Source: Eledone cirrhosa | Lineage: Eukaryota | Assembly: GCA_964016885.1 (NCBI GenBank) | Contig: OZ024754.1 | Coordinates: forward strand, 10,354,001 to 10,418,000 | DNA: 64,000 bases | Reading direction: 5' to 3' | Notes under the pieces: generated by a model | Told to the model about the DNA's origin: nothing | The model's database searches: none | The model's input: only the letters and a program-made list of their open reading frames with translations | Shown: positions 39,750-54,159 of the stretch, piece by piece | Position numbering within the stretch: the first letter of the stretch is position 1 | Layout: each line of letters opens with the position of its first letter | Made by a program: the position numbers and the translations under genes

Positions 39750-40346
39750 TAATTGTTTCTACTTTTGGCACAAGGCCAGCAATTACCCAGTACATTACTG
39801 GTACTTTATTTCATCGACCCCGTAAGGATAAAAGGCAAAGTTGACCTCGGCGGGATTTGAACTCAGAATGGAAAGGGCCATAACTCTATGCACCAAAGCA
39901 TGGCGTCCAACACTCTACTGATACTGCCAATCCACTATTCTCCTCAATAGAATAATAATAATGATAATAATTGTTTCTACTTTTGGCACAGGGCCAGCAA
40001 TTACCCAGTACATTACTGGTACTTTATTTTATCGACACCGTAAGGATGAAAGGCAAAGTTAACCTCGACAGCATTTGAACTCAGAACGTAAAGGGCCATA
40101 ACTCTATGCTTGCAAAGCATGGTTTCTGACGCTCTACCGATACTGCCACATATTATTAATAATAATGGTTTCTTATATAGGCACAAGGCCAGCAATTTGG
40201 ATTAAATCAACCCCAGTGTGTTACTGGTACTTTATTTTATCGACCCTGAAAGGATGAAAGGCAAAGTTAACCTTGGCGGGATTTGAACTCAGACCATAAC
40301 TCTATACCGCAAAGCATGGTGTCCGACACTCTACCGGTACTGCCAA
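39750..40346 (-). mobile_element. Three head-to-tail SINE family B copies
   Basis: Copies at about 39750-39933, 39968-40149 and 40168-40346 with (TTA)n tails. The first is flanked by duplicated tattctcctcaatagaataat. Confidence 0.9.
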
Positions 40347-40519
40347 GTAATAATAATAATAATAATAATAATAATGATTTCTGTATTGGCCACAAGGGCT
40401 GACATCAAGAAAAACATTACAGACGGCACAGGATGGTACAGGACGGTACGATGTGAGTTTTGTGCGTGTAAATATTTTTATTATTTATATAAGAAAAGAA
40501 AAAAAAGACATAGAAACAT

Positions 40520-41095
40520 ATCATCATCATCATCATCATCGTCGTTTAACGTCCATCTTCCACGCTTGCATGGGTTTGGATGGGAGGTTTCCCACTTGAG
40601 GCAAGATTTGTTGTCCTGCTCGCATAGGACTGTCTGGCGGGTTTTCTACGGCTGGATGTCCTTCCTAACACCAACCACGTTTACAGTGTGGGACTGGGAG
40701 GTTTTTACCGTGTTACCTACACGGCCACATTACAGCGTGGACTGTGTGTTTTTTTGTCGTGACACCTACACGACCTCATTTGTTTCAGACTGGATGTTGT
40801 GGTACCAACATAACTTCACATTTAAGGAGGTGGTGTGGATGGGGTGGGGGGTAGTGGGACGGGGGAGGGTATTTTGTTAGAGGTGCCTACTGACTGTAGG
40901 TTTCGCTTTGTACTTAGGCAAGGCGGGTCTTCTGTATGACTGTGTAGCGCCAAAGATCTCGGTCCAGTGACATTGTCTTGGAGAGGTGTAAGTGTGTGAG
41001 GTCGGAATTTATCAAGTCGTCCAAGGTTTTTCTGCGTCTACCTACTCCGTGGCTACCGTCTATTTTTATCGCCCTGCACTTTTTTATACAGTGCA
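40520..41095 (-). mobile_element. RTE LINE (family R1) ORF end plus complete 3' UTR and (GAT)n tail
   Basis: ORF end CIKKCRAIKIDGSHGVGRRRKTLDDLINSDL..DRDLWRYTVIQKTRLA*, followed by about 390 nt of UTR ending ggacgttaaacgacgatgatgat. Confidence 0.85.
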
Positions 41096-41128
41096 TATAT
41101 ATATAAATATATATATATAAACTATAAT

Positions 41129-41471
41129 GGAGGCACATGGCTTAGTGGTTAGACCATTGGCCTTGCAATCGAAAGGTTGTGAGTTCAATTCTCAGACCAG
41201 GTGATGTGTTGTTTCCTTGAGCAAGACACTTTATTTCACATTGCTCCAGTTTACTCAGCTGTAGAAATGAGATGATAGGGACTGGGGTCCCTATCATTCC
41301 ACTGTAAAGTGGTCGTGGAGGTGCCATGGAAAAAAAGCACCCAGCACTCACTGTAAATGAGGTTGGTGTTAGGAAGGGCATCCAGCTGTAGAAATCAAGC
41401 CAGAATCAGTTCCTGTCCCACCCTTGCAAGCAGGAAAAAGCGGACGTAAAATGAAATGATGATGAATGATG
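41129..41471 (+). mobile_element. Full-length SINE family A
   Basis: Near-identical to 24304-24641. Confidence 0.9.
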
Positions 41472-41732
41472 AAAGAATAAAAATGAAAACTGAAACAATG
41501 AAAAATTCCCCAATAGGGGGGAAACCTCAGAGGGTTACTCGTGGCGAAAACCACACAAAAGACCATGGCCACCCTGACCACCAGGGCAAGCGCCCTCTCT
41601 CAAACTACAGGCGTATATTCAGAGCTGTCCCGTTCACTCGGACCATTCTCGCTACATTCACCCACCTTTCAACAAACTTGCTAGAAGGCAACACTTGCCT
41701 CTCCACCCTGATTTTCCTCTTCAAGTGAAACT
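41472..41732 (-). mobile_element. Probable L1/Tx1-clade LINE 3' fragment
   Basis: ORF end FHLKRKIRVERQVLPSSKFVERWVNVARMVRVNGTALNIRL* resembles the IR.....F.ERW C-terminus of Tx1-like ORF2 (from memory). A GC-richer UTR follows, and the 5' truncation abuts (TTA)n. Confidence 0.55.
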
Positions 41733-41763
<31 letters not shown>

Positions 41764-41812
41764 GAGGGAATGGTTAAATCCTACTCTCATTCTGATCAAT
41801 TCCATGGTTTTT

Positions 41813-41846
<34 letters not shown>

Positions 41847-41864
41847 CTTATACAGGCACGTCTA

Positions 41865-41899
<35 letters not shown>

Positions 41900-41973
41900 G
41901 TAAGCACACATACAAAATCATCATCATTTAATGTCTGTTTCCCGCGTGTGAGTGGGTGTGTGTGAGTGTGAGT

Positions 41974-42022
<49 letters not shown>

Positions 42023-42173
42023 TGTGTGTCTGAGTGTGTGTGCGTGTGTGTGTGTAGGTTCTTATCTTCATGCTCCTAAATATCATAGTAAATGGTATAA
42101 GAGAATGACAGTGACAGTGAAAATGGAATACCAAAAGTATACATTGATGATGATGATAACATTAAGGAAGCTG

Positions 42174-42207
<34 letters not shown>

Positions 42208-42800
42208 GAGGGAGGGAGAGAGAGAGAGAGGGAGAGGACAATGTCTATTGTGATGGTAATAGTAATATAGGTTGTAGCAGTAATTATAGCTGCTAGGAGT
42301 GATGATGATGATGATGATGAATGCAGTGGCGGTGGTGTTGATGGTGGTGGTGATGAATACAATTGAGGTGATGGTAGTGGAGGTGCTGGTGATGGCGATG
42401 GTGGTAGCAATGGTGGTGGTGATGGTGGTGATGGTAGTGGTGATGGCGGTGGTAGTGGTTGTGCTGGTTATGGTGGTGGTGATAGTGGTGATGATGGAGG
42501 TGGTGGTGATAGTGGTGATTGTGGCAGTGGCGGTGGTGATTGTGGCGATGGTGGTGGTGGTGGTGATAGTGGTGATGATGGAGGTGGCGGTGGTGATTGT
42601 GGCGATGGTGGTGGTGGTGGTGATAGTGGTGATGATGGAGGTGGCGGTGGTGATTGTGGCAATGGTGGTGGTGGTGGTGATAGTGGTGATGATGGAGGTG
42701 GCGGTGGTGATTGTGGCAATGATGGAGGTGATGGCGGTTGTGATGATGGTAATGGTGATGGTGTTGATGCAGCTGGTGTTGATGCAGCTGGTGGTCATAG

Positions 42801-42835
<35 letters not shown>

Positions 42836-43140
42836 GTGATGGTAATGCTAGTGGTGATGGTGGTGTTGGTGGTGTTGCTAGAATGTTATTAAAGCACTGG
42901 GCAAGAGAAAAGGAGAAACATGTTATCTCGAAATAAAACACTTCAGAGAATGCTTGGAAAAAATCATTACCATAGTAACAAATGCACAAAGAGCTGTGGA
43001 GCCTTATCAACTGGGAACAAACCATAACTAGCAACTTAAACAAAATGAGTTTATTGTTGATGTTGTTGAGCTGTTGGTCTTTTTTTGTTATTATTTGGGA
43101 GGAGGGGGGCGTTGCTGTATTTTTTCTTTGCTTTTCTATA

Positions 43141-43174
<34 letters not shown>

Positions 43175-45166
43175 TTTTACCCATCATCTAATTTGTAACT
43201 ATGAAATGACATCACATGAAATGAAGACCAATAATATAAGAAAGAACTGCTGCCAGGAGAAGATAGAACTTAACATGGTACCATAGTTAACTTATAGGAA
43301 GGTTACAAACGAACTGTTAAGTTTGATAGAATTTGGAGGAATTTCATTGTTTTTCTCTCCACCACCCCTCAACCCTTGCTTCCAGTCCAGTTTTTAACCA
43401 CCCTCACTCCCATCCGCCCCGCCTTCTTTTAACTGATGTAGTTGGTATTCCTTCTCCACACCACCACCATTATCATCACCACCACCACCATCATCATCAC
43501 CACCAAAACCACCATTATCATCACCATCACCACCACTACCATCACCACCACCACCACCACCACCATCACCAAAACCATCATTATCACCATCACCATCACC
43601 ACCATCACCATCATCACCACCACCATCATTATCATCACTACCACCATCACTACCATCATCACCACCACCACCATCACCATCATCATGATTTTATAACTTT
43701 AATTTTGACGTTTCTTTTGTTGCGTATTCAATAAATGAACATTTTCTTTTTTTCATTTTAATTAACTAAATATGTTTGAGTCATGAAAATAAACCAAAAT
43801 GAAGCAAAAATAAAAACTGTAAATGATATAATTTCATCAGCTCAGATATAATAAAAAAAGTGAGAGTATATGTATTATTATTTTTTTTATTACAGATCAT
43901 TGTGTAAAATATAAAGAATTTTTTTCTGTAAGAATATATATATGTGAGAGAGGGGGTGTGGTGAAGAGAAGGGTGTGGTGAAGAGAAGGGTGTGGTGAAA
44001 AGAAGGGTAGATTTTAAGAAGACAAAAATGAAGGACTATATATATTATTTTCACATTGAAAATGTAAGAATATATAGGTGAGAGAGAAAGAGTGTGGTGA
44101 AGTGAGATGGCAGATTAGAAGAAGAAGAAGAAGGAGGAGAAGAAGAAGAAAAAGGAGGAGACGAAGAAAAAGAAGAAGGAGGAGACGAAGAAGAAGACGA
44201 AGAAGAAGGAGGAGAAGATGAAGAAGAAGGAGGAGACGACAAAGAAGACGAAGAAGGAGGAGACGAAGAAGAAGGAGGACAAGGAGAAGAGGAAGAAGGA
44301 GAAGAGGAAGAAGGAGAAGGACAAGGACAAGGACAAGAAGGAGAGGAAGAAGAGGATGGGGGAGGGAAAGGAAGGGAGGAGGGGGAGTAGGATGAGGATG
44401 AGGACGAGGAGAACGAGAAGAAAAACAAGAAGAAAAAAGAAGAAAAAGAAAGAAGGCGGCAAAGAAGAAGGCGAAGAAGACAAAAATGAAGAATTTTCCT
44501 ACGACCGGTTCGGTTCGTAGAATATTCTTAATAGAAAAATTCAGAATTATCAAATTGTCGGCTGATTTCTAAAGGGAATGAAACAATAATAGAGAATGAG
44601 AAGTAGAGAGAAAGAGATAAGTGAAGGAATACTTATAAGAAAGAAAAAGGGGGGGGGGGGAGATAGTGAATAAGCCAGTGGACTATACTGAATAATGACT
44701 TTATATTAGATAAATGCAGCATGGGTGATAGCCAAGGGTTAGCATTACTGGCACTCTCCTCTATTTAAGCATCATGTAATTGTGTTACCATAATAGAAGG
44801 GTCTGCTTGCTAATTATCACCTCAATGGCAGATTCTTCAGTAGCAAAATGGTAGCAATGGAAATCATTTAACTACTTAGATTGCTTTCATATTCCAAACA
44901 GATTTTCAAAGAATGAAAAACCATTCTGTGTGTGTGTGTATGTGTGCAAGTGTGTGAGTGTGTATGTGCAAGTGTGTGTGTGTGTGCAAGTGCATATGTG
45001 TGTGGGGGGGAGGGGAAGATGTTCATACACACATATATGCAAATATGATTGTGTAAATGCACACATACACATATACGATATACATCCAGTATAAATGTAG
45101 GCATGTATATACATGTGTGTACATACATACCTGTGAGTGTGTGTTAATATATATATACACACACAC

Positions 45167-45232
<66 letters not shown>

Positions 45233-45436
45233 ATTACATGCATACCTGTGAGTGTGTGTTAATATAATATATACACACACATATATAAATCATCATCATC
45301 ATCGTTTAACGTCCATCTTCCACGCTTGCATGGGTTTATATATATATATATATATATAACATTGAGCTATATCTTATACTGTCATTTCTCTAATACGACG
45401 AGTGTGTTTAACTCTAACGCACTCAAGTATTTTTAT

Positions 45437-45484
<48 letters not shown>

Positions 45485-46340
45485 CACAATTACATGCATA
45501 CAACATCGCATAACATGTATACAAGTATGTGTCTGCATACTTTTATATTTATATATATATATATATGCACACACACACACACACTTAAAGCAGTAAATGG
45601 TATTCTATATAATCACTAAATCTGTTGAATGCCACAGCCAAATCTTCCTTCACAAACTGTCCACCATCTTTAAAATGATAACTATATCCTGAAAGATCTA
45701 AATCCCTGGATAGTATTCTGACAAATAAAGATGCCGTGGCTAGAATTACAGGTTTTTATCAAACATGTTAAGTCTAACCCAGCAGAATGTGTTGCAGCAC
45801 TTATAGTTGCTGGTGTTATTGTTTAGACAGGGGTCAGGTCAACCGAAATCAAGAAGACTTATGATCAGTTCTCGTCCAACTATGACTACCCACCATATAT
45901 ATTTCACTCGGTACATGCTGTAAAGAGGTTGGTGATAGGAAGGGCATCCCGCCATAGAAAGCCGGCCAAACTAAGGGTAGGGAGGACCCTTCAGTTGTGT
46001 CAAAGACATGACAACCTCTCCTGAGTACTTGGTAGAATGTGAGACTGTGTATAAGGGAGATGACAGATCCCTGCCCTGTCTGGGAGATCAGTAGCCACTG
46101 CTGTAGTACTCACTTGGTCTATGTAGACATGTCTAACCCATGCTAGCAGGGAGAGCGGATGTCAATGATGATAATGTTTATGATGATGTCGATGATGATG
46201 ATAATGTTTATGATGATGTCGATGATGATGATAATGTTTATGATGATGATGATGATTATGATGATGTCCATGATGATGTCGATGATGATGATGATGATGA
46301 TGTCAATGACATTGCCAGGAATGGTATCCCTCCATTCTAG

Positions 46341-46486
46341 CCCACTGCCCTCCCTAGGTCCAACCCAGCCCACTGCCCTCCCTAGGTCCAACCCAGCCCA
46401 CTGCCCTCCCTAGGTCCAACCCAGCCCACTGCCCTCCCTAGGTCCAACCCAGCCCACTGCCCTCCCTAGGTCCAACCCAGCCCACT
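46341..46486. repeat. Perfect 28-bp minisatellite (5 copies)
   Basis: cccactgccctccctaggtccaacccag. Confidence 0.95.
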
Positions 46487-46553
46487 TCAACTTTGCTTCT
46501 CAACTATTTAAAGTTCTGGAGTTGATTCTATTTTTATTCCTCTTTTGTACACA

Positions 46554-46604
<51 letters not shown>

Positions 46605-46936
46605 TCTCCCCTCCTCTCTCTCTCTGGTAGAAACCAGCTATCATCAGACAGGGAGGAAATGGCACTGCCAGGTTTAAAGAGCCAAGAAAATACAATATGT
46701 CACAACAGTGCCCCTGTGACTCCACCAGAAGTTACAAATGCACACACAAACACACAAACACACACAAACACACACACACAAACAAACACACACAAAAACA
46801 CACACAAACACACACAAACAAACACATACATGATGTATCTGACTACATTACCAATTGGGTTGTTAAATTTTTTTTTTATAGCAGGATGTAACTTGAGAGA
46901 CAAATACACACACACAAATACACACACAAACACACA

Positions 46937-46980
<44 letters not shown>

Positions 46981-47481
46981 AACACACATAAAAACACACA
47001 CAAACAAACAAACACATACATGATGTATCTTTGACTACATTACCAATTGGGTTGTTAAATTTTTTTTTTTTATATAGCAGGATGTAACTTGAGAGAGATT
47101 TGGCTGGTATTTCTAACAAGTCCATCATCCCTACAGAAGTTCTCTCATCTCTTATATCTGGTTATCTCTCGTGCAGAATTCATAAGTTTCTCCTCCAAAT
47201 ACTCGCGTATGTTATTACTTCCCTGTCACATTGATACTCAAATAGATCAATGAATTTGTCTTTATGAATCTGTGTGTATGTGCATGCGTGTGCCCATGTG
47301 TGTGTGCGTGTGTGTGTGTACATGTGTTTTGTGTGTATGTGTGTACATATATGTGTTTTGTGTGTGTACATATGTGTGCTCTGTCTGTCTGTGTGTGTGT
47401 ATACATGTGTTCTGTGTGAGCGTACATATATGTGTTCTGTGTGTGCATACATATATGTGTTTGTGCCCGTGCAAAAATGTA

Positions 47482-47566
<85 letters not shown>

Positions 47567-47984
47567 ATATGACTGTGTATACATATATATGTGTGTGTGT
47601 GTGCGCAAGTGTAAACATGTATGTGTGCCTCTAAATGGGACAAACCCGTCTAACCCATGTTAGCGTGGAAGATAGACGTTAAACAATGATGATGAAGATA
47701 ATGATGATGATGATGATGATGATGAGTGGATTTTATTATGACACCATCGCTAGAGTAGGTCCTCAGTACTTACTCTCCAATTTACACTGTTTCTATTCAT
47801 TCACTGGTTCTACAGTGATCTCTTCCACAGTGTTCATTACTCAAGACACCATTCATCAGACAAGAGGTTTTATATTCACAAAAATTGTTTGTGAACCAAT
47901 TTATTCACGATGAGAGGCATTTGTGAACCGAGGTTCCACTATACATCTAAGCTATCTACCTAATTCTCAAAAGATTAATGGGTT

Positions 47985-48150
47985 TTTTATATAGAAACAA
48001 AGCACATGACTGGTACTTTATTTTATCGACCCCTGTAAGGATGAAAGAAAGTTAACCTTGACGGGATTTGAACTCAGATCATAAAGGGCTGTAACTATGC
48101 TGCAAAGCATGCCGTCCGACCCTCTACCAATACTGCCAATCCACCGCCCT
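47985..48150 (-). mobile_element. SINE family B with degenerate TSD
   Basis: Family B consensus, flanked by ctaattctcaaaagattaat / ctaactctcaaaaggttaat. Confidence 0.85.
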
Positions 48151-49564
48151 CTAACTCTCAAAAGGTTAATAAAAAGAGACAGTTTGATAAAATTAATGAA
48201 GAGTTTCTAAATAAAGGGAGATAAACAGTGGGCACGTTTTTAACATGCAGGAATAAAAACAGTAAAGGTCATAAAACTCTTTTAATGAACTAAATTCTTA
48301 AAAAAAATCGAAATTTATTTCCCCAAATTCAATATAATTCTGTGAAAAAGTTAAAATAAAACATATGTTAATGTCTTGTATTTAATTCTATAGACATTGT
48401 GATTTAAAATGGAAAAGATTTTGACAACAACAATTTAATGAAGAATTAACATGTCAAAAAGAGTGACATATTAAAAACAAACACACAAAAAAACAACAAC
48501 CGAAGATGGGGGGGGGGGGGACATAGAAGTAAAGAAAAAATATATATAGAAATAAAATTAGCTGATTCATTAAGTTCTAGAAGAAATAATAAGTCTAATA
48601 ATTCAATAATTCATTAGGAAATTAAAAGGTCAAACAAAGAAAGAAAAAATATATCTAAAAATAGTTCCCCACCACCACCAACAACAACACTACCACCACT
48701 AACAACAACACTACCACCACCACTAATACCACCACTAACAACAACACTACCACCACCACTAATACCACCACTAACAACAACACTACCACCATCACCACCA
48801 TCACACTACCACCACTATTACTACTACCCCCAACAACACTAACACTACCACCATCACCAACAACAACAACACACTACCACCAACACTACCACCAACAACA
48901 ACAACAACACCAACACTACCACCAACAACACCACACTACCACAAACAACAACACTACCACCAACAACAACAACAACAGCAACAACAACACTACTACTACC
49001 ACCACCTTTATTTTTTTTTTTTTTATATATTTTATTTTATTTTTTTATTTTTTGTTTTTGTTTTGTTTTTTATAACCAGATTATCATATTTTCCAATTTG
49101 CTCTAAATTAGAGATATACTTATTTCATCATCTTCGGGAATCTAATCAACAGACAATGGCTAATAATTAAAGCGAAAACAGTGTCAACTTTGGGGGAGGG
49201 TGGGGGGGGGGGGCTGTACTAATTTACTAGACTTACAGTGGTAATGTTATTAACGAAAAGAAAAGAAGATAAATTTACACAGTTGAAAACTTAATGAGAA
49301 ACTCAACAAGAAGAAGAACAACAACAACAAGGCGGCAAAGAGAAGAAAAGAAAAAAAATGGTGGAAACTTGCTGGCTATATAGTGGAGTTGGCAGTGTTA
49401 TTAGTCACCATTGCTGATACAGGTGTTATCATATTTTACAGAGAACTAATATATTGAGATCAATTGTTGCTATAAAAGTTGTGTAATATTTCACCAGGGT
49501 GGTCACATTCAGGTTTTTGACCTAGTAATGATGAATGTGTTAAATACTTGATTAAGTTAGTCAA

Positions 49565-50270
49565 TATGGTATCATTGGTATATGATATGGTGTGGAGTGG
49601 TGTGGTGTGGTGTGGTATGGTATCATTGGTATAGTATGCTGTGGTATGGTATAGTATGGTATGGTGTGGTATGCTGTGGTATGGTATCATTGGTATGCTG
49701 TGGTATGGTATGGTATGTTATAGTAAGGTATAGTGTGGTATAGTATGGTATGGTGTGGTATAGTATGGTATCATTGGTATGGTATTATTGGTATAGTATG
49801 GTGTGGTGTGGTATGGTGTGGTATGGTATCATTGGTATAGTATGGTATGGTGTCATTGATATAGTATGGTATGCTGTGGTATGTTATAGTAAGGTATGGT
49901 ATGATGTGGTATAGTATGGTATGGTATAATTGGTATAGTATGGTGTGGTATCATTGATATAGTATGGTATGGTACGGTATGGTATGCTGTGGTACATTAT
50001 AGTATCATGGTATGGTATGCTGTGGTATGGTATAGTGTGGTATGGTATGGTATAGTATGGTATAGTATGCTGTGGTATAGTATAGTATGGTATGGTGTGG
50101 TATAGTGTGGTATAGTGTGGTATTATTGGTGTGGTATGGTATGGTATCATTGGTATAATATGGTGTGGTGTGGTATGGTATGATATGGTGTGGTATGATA
50201 TGATATGGTATGGTATCATTGGTATGGTATGGTGTGGTATAGTTTGGTATGGTATCATTGGTATGGTTTG
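49565..50270. repeat. Pentanucleotide-based array (TGGTA/TAGTA/TGTGG)
   Basis: Continuous degenerate 5-mers with recurrent tatcattgg. Confidence 0.9.
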
Positions 50271-51409
50271 GAATTCCCCCTCCATACACACACATGCATG
50301 TATCTGTATGTATATCATGACTCATACACTGTTCACTTTCCTGCCATTAGTACATTATTCTATGTACTATACATGCACCTTTGACAAGTTGTAGTGCACC
50401 TGAGCACTGTACACAATTTTTATTATTATTATCACTTTGAAGCATTCAGAACATTTGTCCCAACCATCTCTTTCTCTCTCTCTTTTAATTATGTTTTATG
50501 AACTCTAAACAAAATAATTTTAGAAAGATTCTGGTGTATTACAGTGTCACTGTGACAGACAGACAGACAGAGAATGAAGTGTAACTATTCTACTATAGAT
50601 CTGGTATACAGAAGTAGAAATAACAGTTTTCAGAAATGATAATATGAACGACAGAAAGAAGTTCATGAAAGTTGTAATTTTCTTTTGCTACAAATGAATA
50701 TGTCAACAATAAAAATAAATATTTCCTTCGAACATAACTTCTTGCATTGAAAAACTAACAATAAATATGTGCTTGAAAAATGAAAGATTCTCAAGGGAGT
50801 GAATTGCTAAGTTATTTATATCTAATTTTGGGTTAGAACTTTCTATCTTTAAGCTTGCTGAGGGATAAGTAGAGTTTTATTTTCTTTCTATTTCTTTCTT
50901 CCGTTGTTTTCTTTCATTTTTATCTGATCTTTATAAATGCAAATGTGTGAGAGAAAGTAGTTCATGAACTATATACAGCCAGAAATGTATTGATAAGTGG
51001 GAATACATAAACAATTTATGACCTCTGTTCAACATAACTAACAACTAGAAAATATAATAAACTTTTGAGAAAATACATAACACAAACCAGATTATCATAT
51101 ATATTTATATACAATTATATCAGATTAGCAAGCTCACAAATGCAGAAGAAGAGACTTAATACTGTTACACATTCACACAAGGTATTTTGAATTATTCACG
51201 CTTAAAAACAGCACAACAGATACCATATTCTAAACGAACGGTTTAAATTGTATAATGAACATGATAACATTGGTTATTATAAAAAGAATTAAGAATATCA
51301 GTTATAGAAAAATATATTTTAACTTAGATTTAAAAAAAGAATAGAGAGGGGGGGGGAGTTAGTGTCCTAGGTTCATTTACACATTTATTTATTGTGCAAA
51401 GTAAATTGT

Positions 51410-51745
51410 GAGAGAAAGGTAGAGCCTGGATGAACTGAGGGAGAAACTGGGTTCAAGAGGAAGCCAAAGTGGTGTGCAAGAGTGTAAACTGTGTTGGTAC
51501 AGACGTGTGATGCACATGGATGATGATCAATAGGTGAAGAAATGCCAGGAAATCCTAGTGATAGGAAGCCAGAGTAGAGGTAGATCTAGGAAGACCTGGA
51601 TGGAGGTGATGAGATCTCATCTAAAATTGCTGAAACTCACAGAGGAGATGACAAAGGAACATGAGTGAACAGATACTGAGCTGAAAAGAACCCATCCAGC
51701 CCATGCATGCACAGAAAACTGGACATAATAATGATGATGATGATT
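51410..51745 (+). mobile_element. Degenerate RTE LINE (R1) 3' fragment
   Basis: ELREKLG..VQE.KL.WY.RVMHMDDD..VKKC..GRSRKTWMEV...LTEEMTK with in-frame stops; GAT tail. Confidence 0.8.
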
Positions 51746-52623
51746 ACAGAGTGAGTAAGATACAAGTGAGTAAGATACTAAGGCAGCAACTATTAGACAA
51801 GTCTGTGAGTGAAATTACTTTACATTCAGTAAAAAATGCAACTTTATATAGGGATCTGTTCAGGATCCTATTGCTAAACCTTCAGTTACCATATTTCTAA
51901 TCAAAGACACTCTCTATGATTTACAAATTATCAAGAATTTGGAATGATTTAATAATATAATTAACTCATCATTTGAGGCGATGTTAACAACTGTTCTTAC
52001 ATAAAATTATGATGGAAATGTAAACACTTTCAAATAAATAGTTCTGTACCATAGAAGCAGGGGAGTTTTCAGGCTGGTTGGTATACAGTGGTATAGTACA
52101 GTGGTATAGTTAAGTACACTGCTGTAAGCAGTGATAGAACTAACAAACTGACAAACCAGCTTTATCAACACGTTTAAATCTTCCATTGTTTAAAGTTCAA
52201 ACGTGAAAGAAACACAACATACACCACAGACATGTTTTAAACATTAGTACCACCATTCAATAGTAGATGCTGTATTGTGTTTCAGTGTATTTTAAATCAA
52301 TTCCAAATCTCCAGAAAATTCTGGAATCAGTGTTGAAAATATCACATATTTTAGCTATCATTTCTTGTTCTGTCACCATAGACTGGCTTTTGGGACTTGC
52401 CTCACAGTTTATACCTTAATTCTTGAGTAGATATTTCTATTAAACCAGGTAAGGTATTTCCTGTTCCCGCACAGCTAAATATATATTTTTTAATCATTAT
52501 TTTAAGGCTACAATATGAAAACATTTCTAAGTAAGAGTTGTCAACTAATGCAATCTCAGGTAGTTATCTAGAGAAAATAATGAAGAATGAGTGATGGAGA
52601 CCTGTAATAAAAACACTCAACAA

Positions 52624-52680
<57 letters not shown>

Positions 52681-52984
52681 AGGGGGGGGGTGAGCGAGAG
52701 ATAGAGAAATAGATAGATAGAGAGAGGGATGGAGAGAGAGTGGGTGAGTGAGATATGGAGAGAGAGTGGGTGAGAGGGAGGTAGAGAGAGTGGGTGAGAG
52801 GGAGGTAGAGAGAGTGGGTGAGAGGGAAATGGAGAGAGTGGGTGAGAGGGAGAGGGAGAGAGTGGGGGAGAGGGAGAGAGTGGGGGAGAGGGAGAGAGTG
52901 AGGGAGAGGGAGAGAGTGGGGGAGAGGGAGAGGGAGAGAGTGAGGGAGAGGGAGAGGGAGAGAGTGGGTGAGAGAGATAGAGAG

Positions 52985-53019
<35 letters not shown>

Positions 53020-53489
53020 AAAAGAGAGAGAAAGAGAAAGAAAGTGAGAGAGAAAGAGAGAAAAAGAGAGAGATCCCAGAAGATTGAACTGTAATAGACA
53101 ATAATACTTTTGTATACATCAGAGAAAACGAAGAAATAAAGAAATATTAGCGGAAAGTTATCTATCACAGGATCTCCAAATTATGAGTGTACATCCAGGA
53201 AAATGAAGAAATAGTTGTGGAAATTTATCTCTCCCAAGATCTACAAGTTACAAATATAACAGATAGAACATAGGGTTTTTTCCAAGACAAGGAAGAGCAG
53301 AAAATGCGCTTTGGAAGTTACGTATCTGGTTAATTACTTGTTCGGCATATGTAAACACCACAAGAGAATATCTAGAAGTGATAACAAACTTACAATTCCT
53401 ACACTACACTCACATTTTGGTGGGTTAGTCCTTGGAATTATACTGTCTCTGGTCTTATACCTTGAGTAGCTGAGATTCACAAATATTGG

Positions 53490-53580
<91 letters not shown>

Positions 53581-53667
53581 GGTGGTGGTGGTAGTAGTAA
53601 TAGCAGAAGTTGTGGTAGTGATGGTGGTGGTAGTAATAGTAGTAGTGGTGGTAGATCAGTCGTAGTA

Positions 53668-53851
53668 ATAGTTGTTTCTACTTTTGGCACAAGGCCAGCA
53701 ATTACCCAGTACATTACTGGTACTTTATTTTATCGACCCCGTAAGGATGAAAGGCAAAGTCAACCTCGGCGGGATTTGAACTCAGACCATAAAGGGACGT
53801 AACTATGCTGGAAAGCATGGTGTCCGACCCTCTACCGATACTGCCAATCCA
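53668..53851 (-). mobile_element. SINE family B
   Basis: Family B consensus. Confidence 0.9.
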
Positions 53852-54159
53852 CAGTAAGAGTTAAAAGCAGTCGCAGTAGTAGTAATAGTGGTGGTGGTAG
53901 TAGCTCCACAGGAGCTCTCATAATGCTAACCTATGATCAAAGCCAATCTAGTCATGACCATCAGGTCCATATAATTTTAAAACAGTGTATTTGGGACTAC
54001 ATTATCTGTCGTGTGTGTGTGTGTGTGCGTGCATGTGCGTGCCTGCATGTGTGTGTGGTGTGTGTGTGTGGTGTGTGTGTGTGTTCATTTTTAATTAGTC
54101 GGAGCAGATGCAATATTAATAACTTTTGTAAAGATCCCCAGGCAAGCGAGATAATCAGA

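Noticed and set aside
44505-44553. eh1-like motif NFSIKNILR (engrailed-type)
   Set aside because: An in-frame stop lies just upstream, the frame runs into TTC/TCC repeats, there is no donor and no homeobox occurs in the window.
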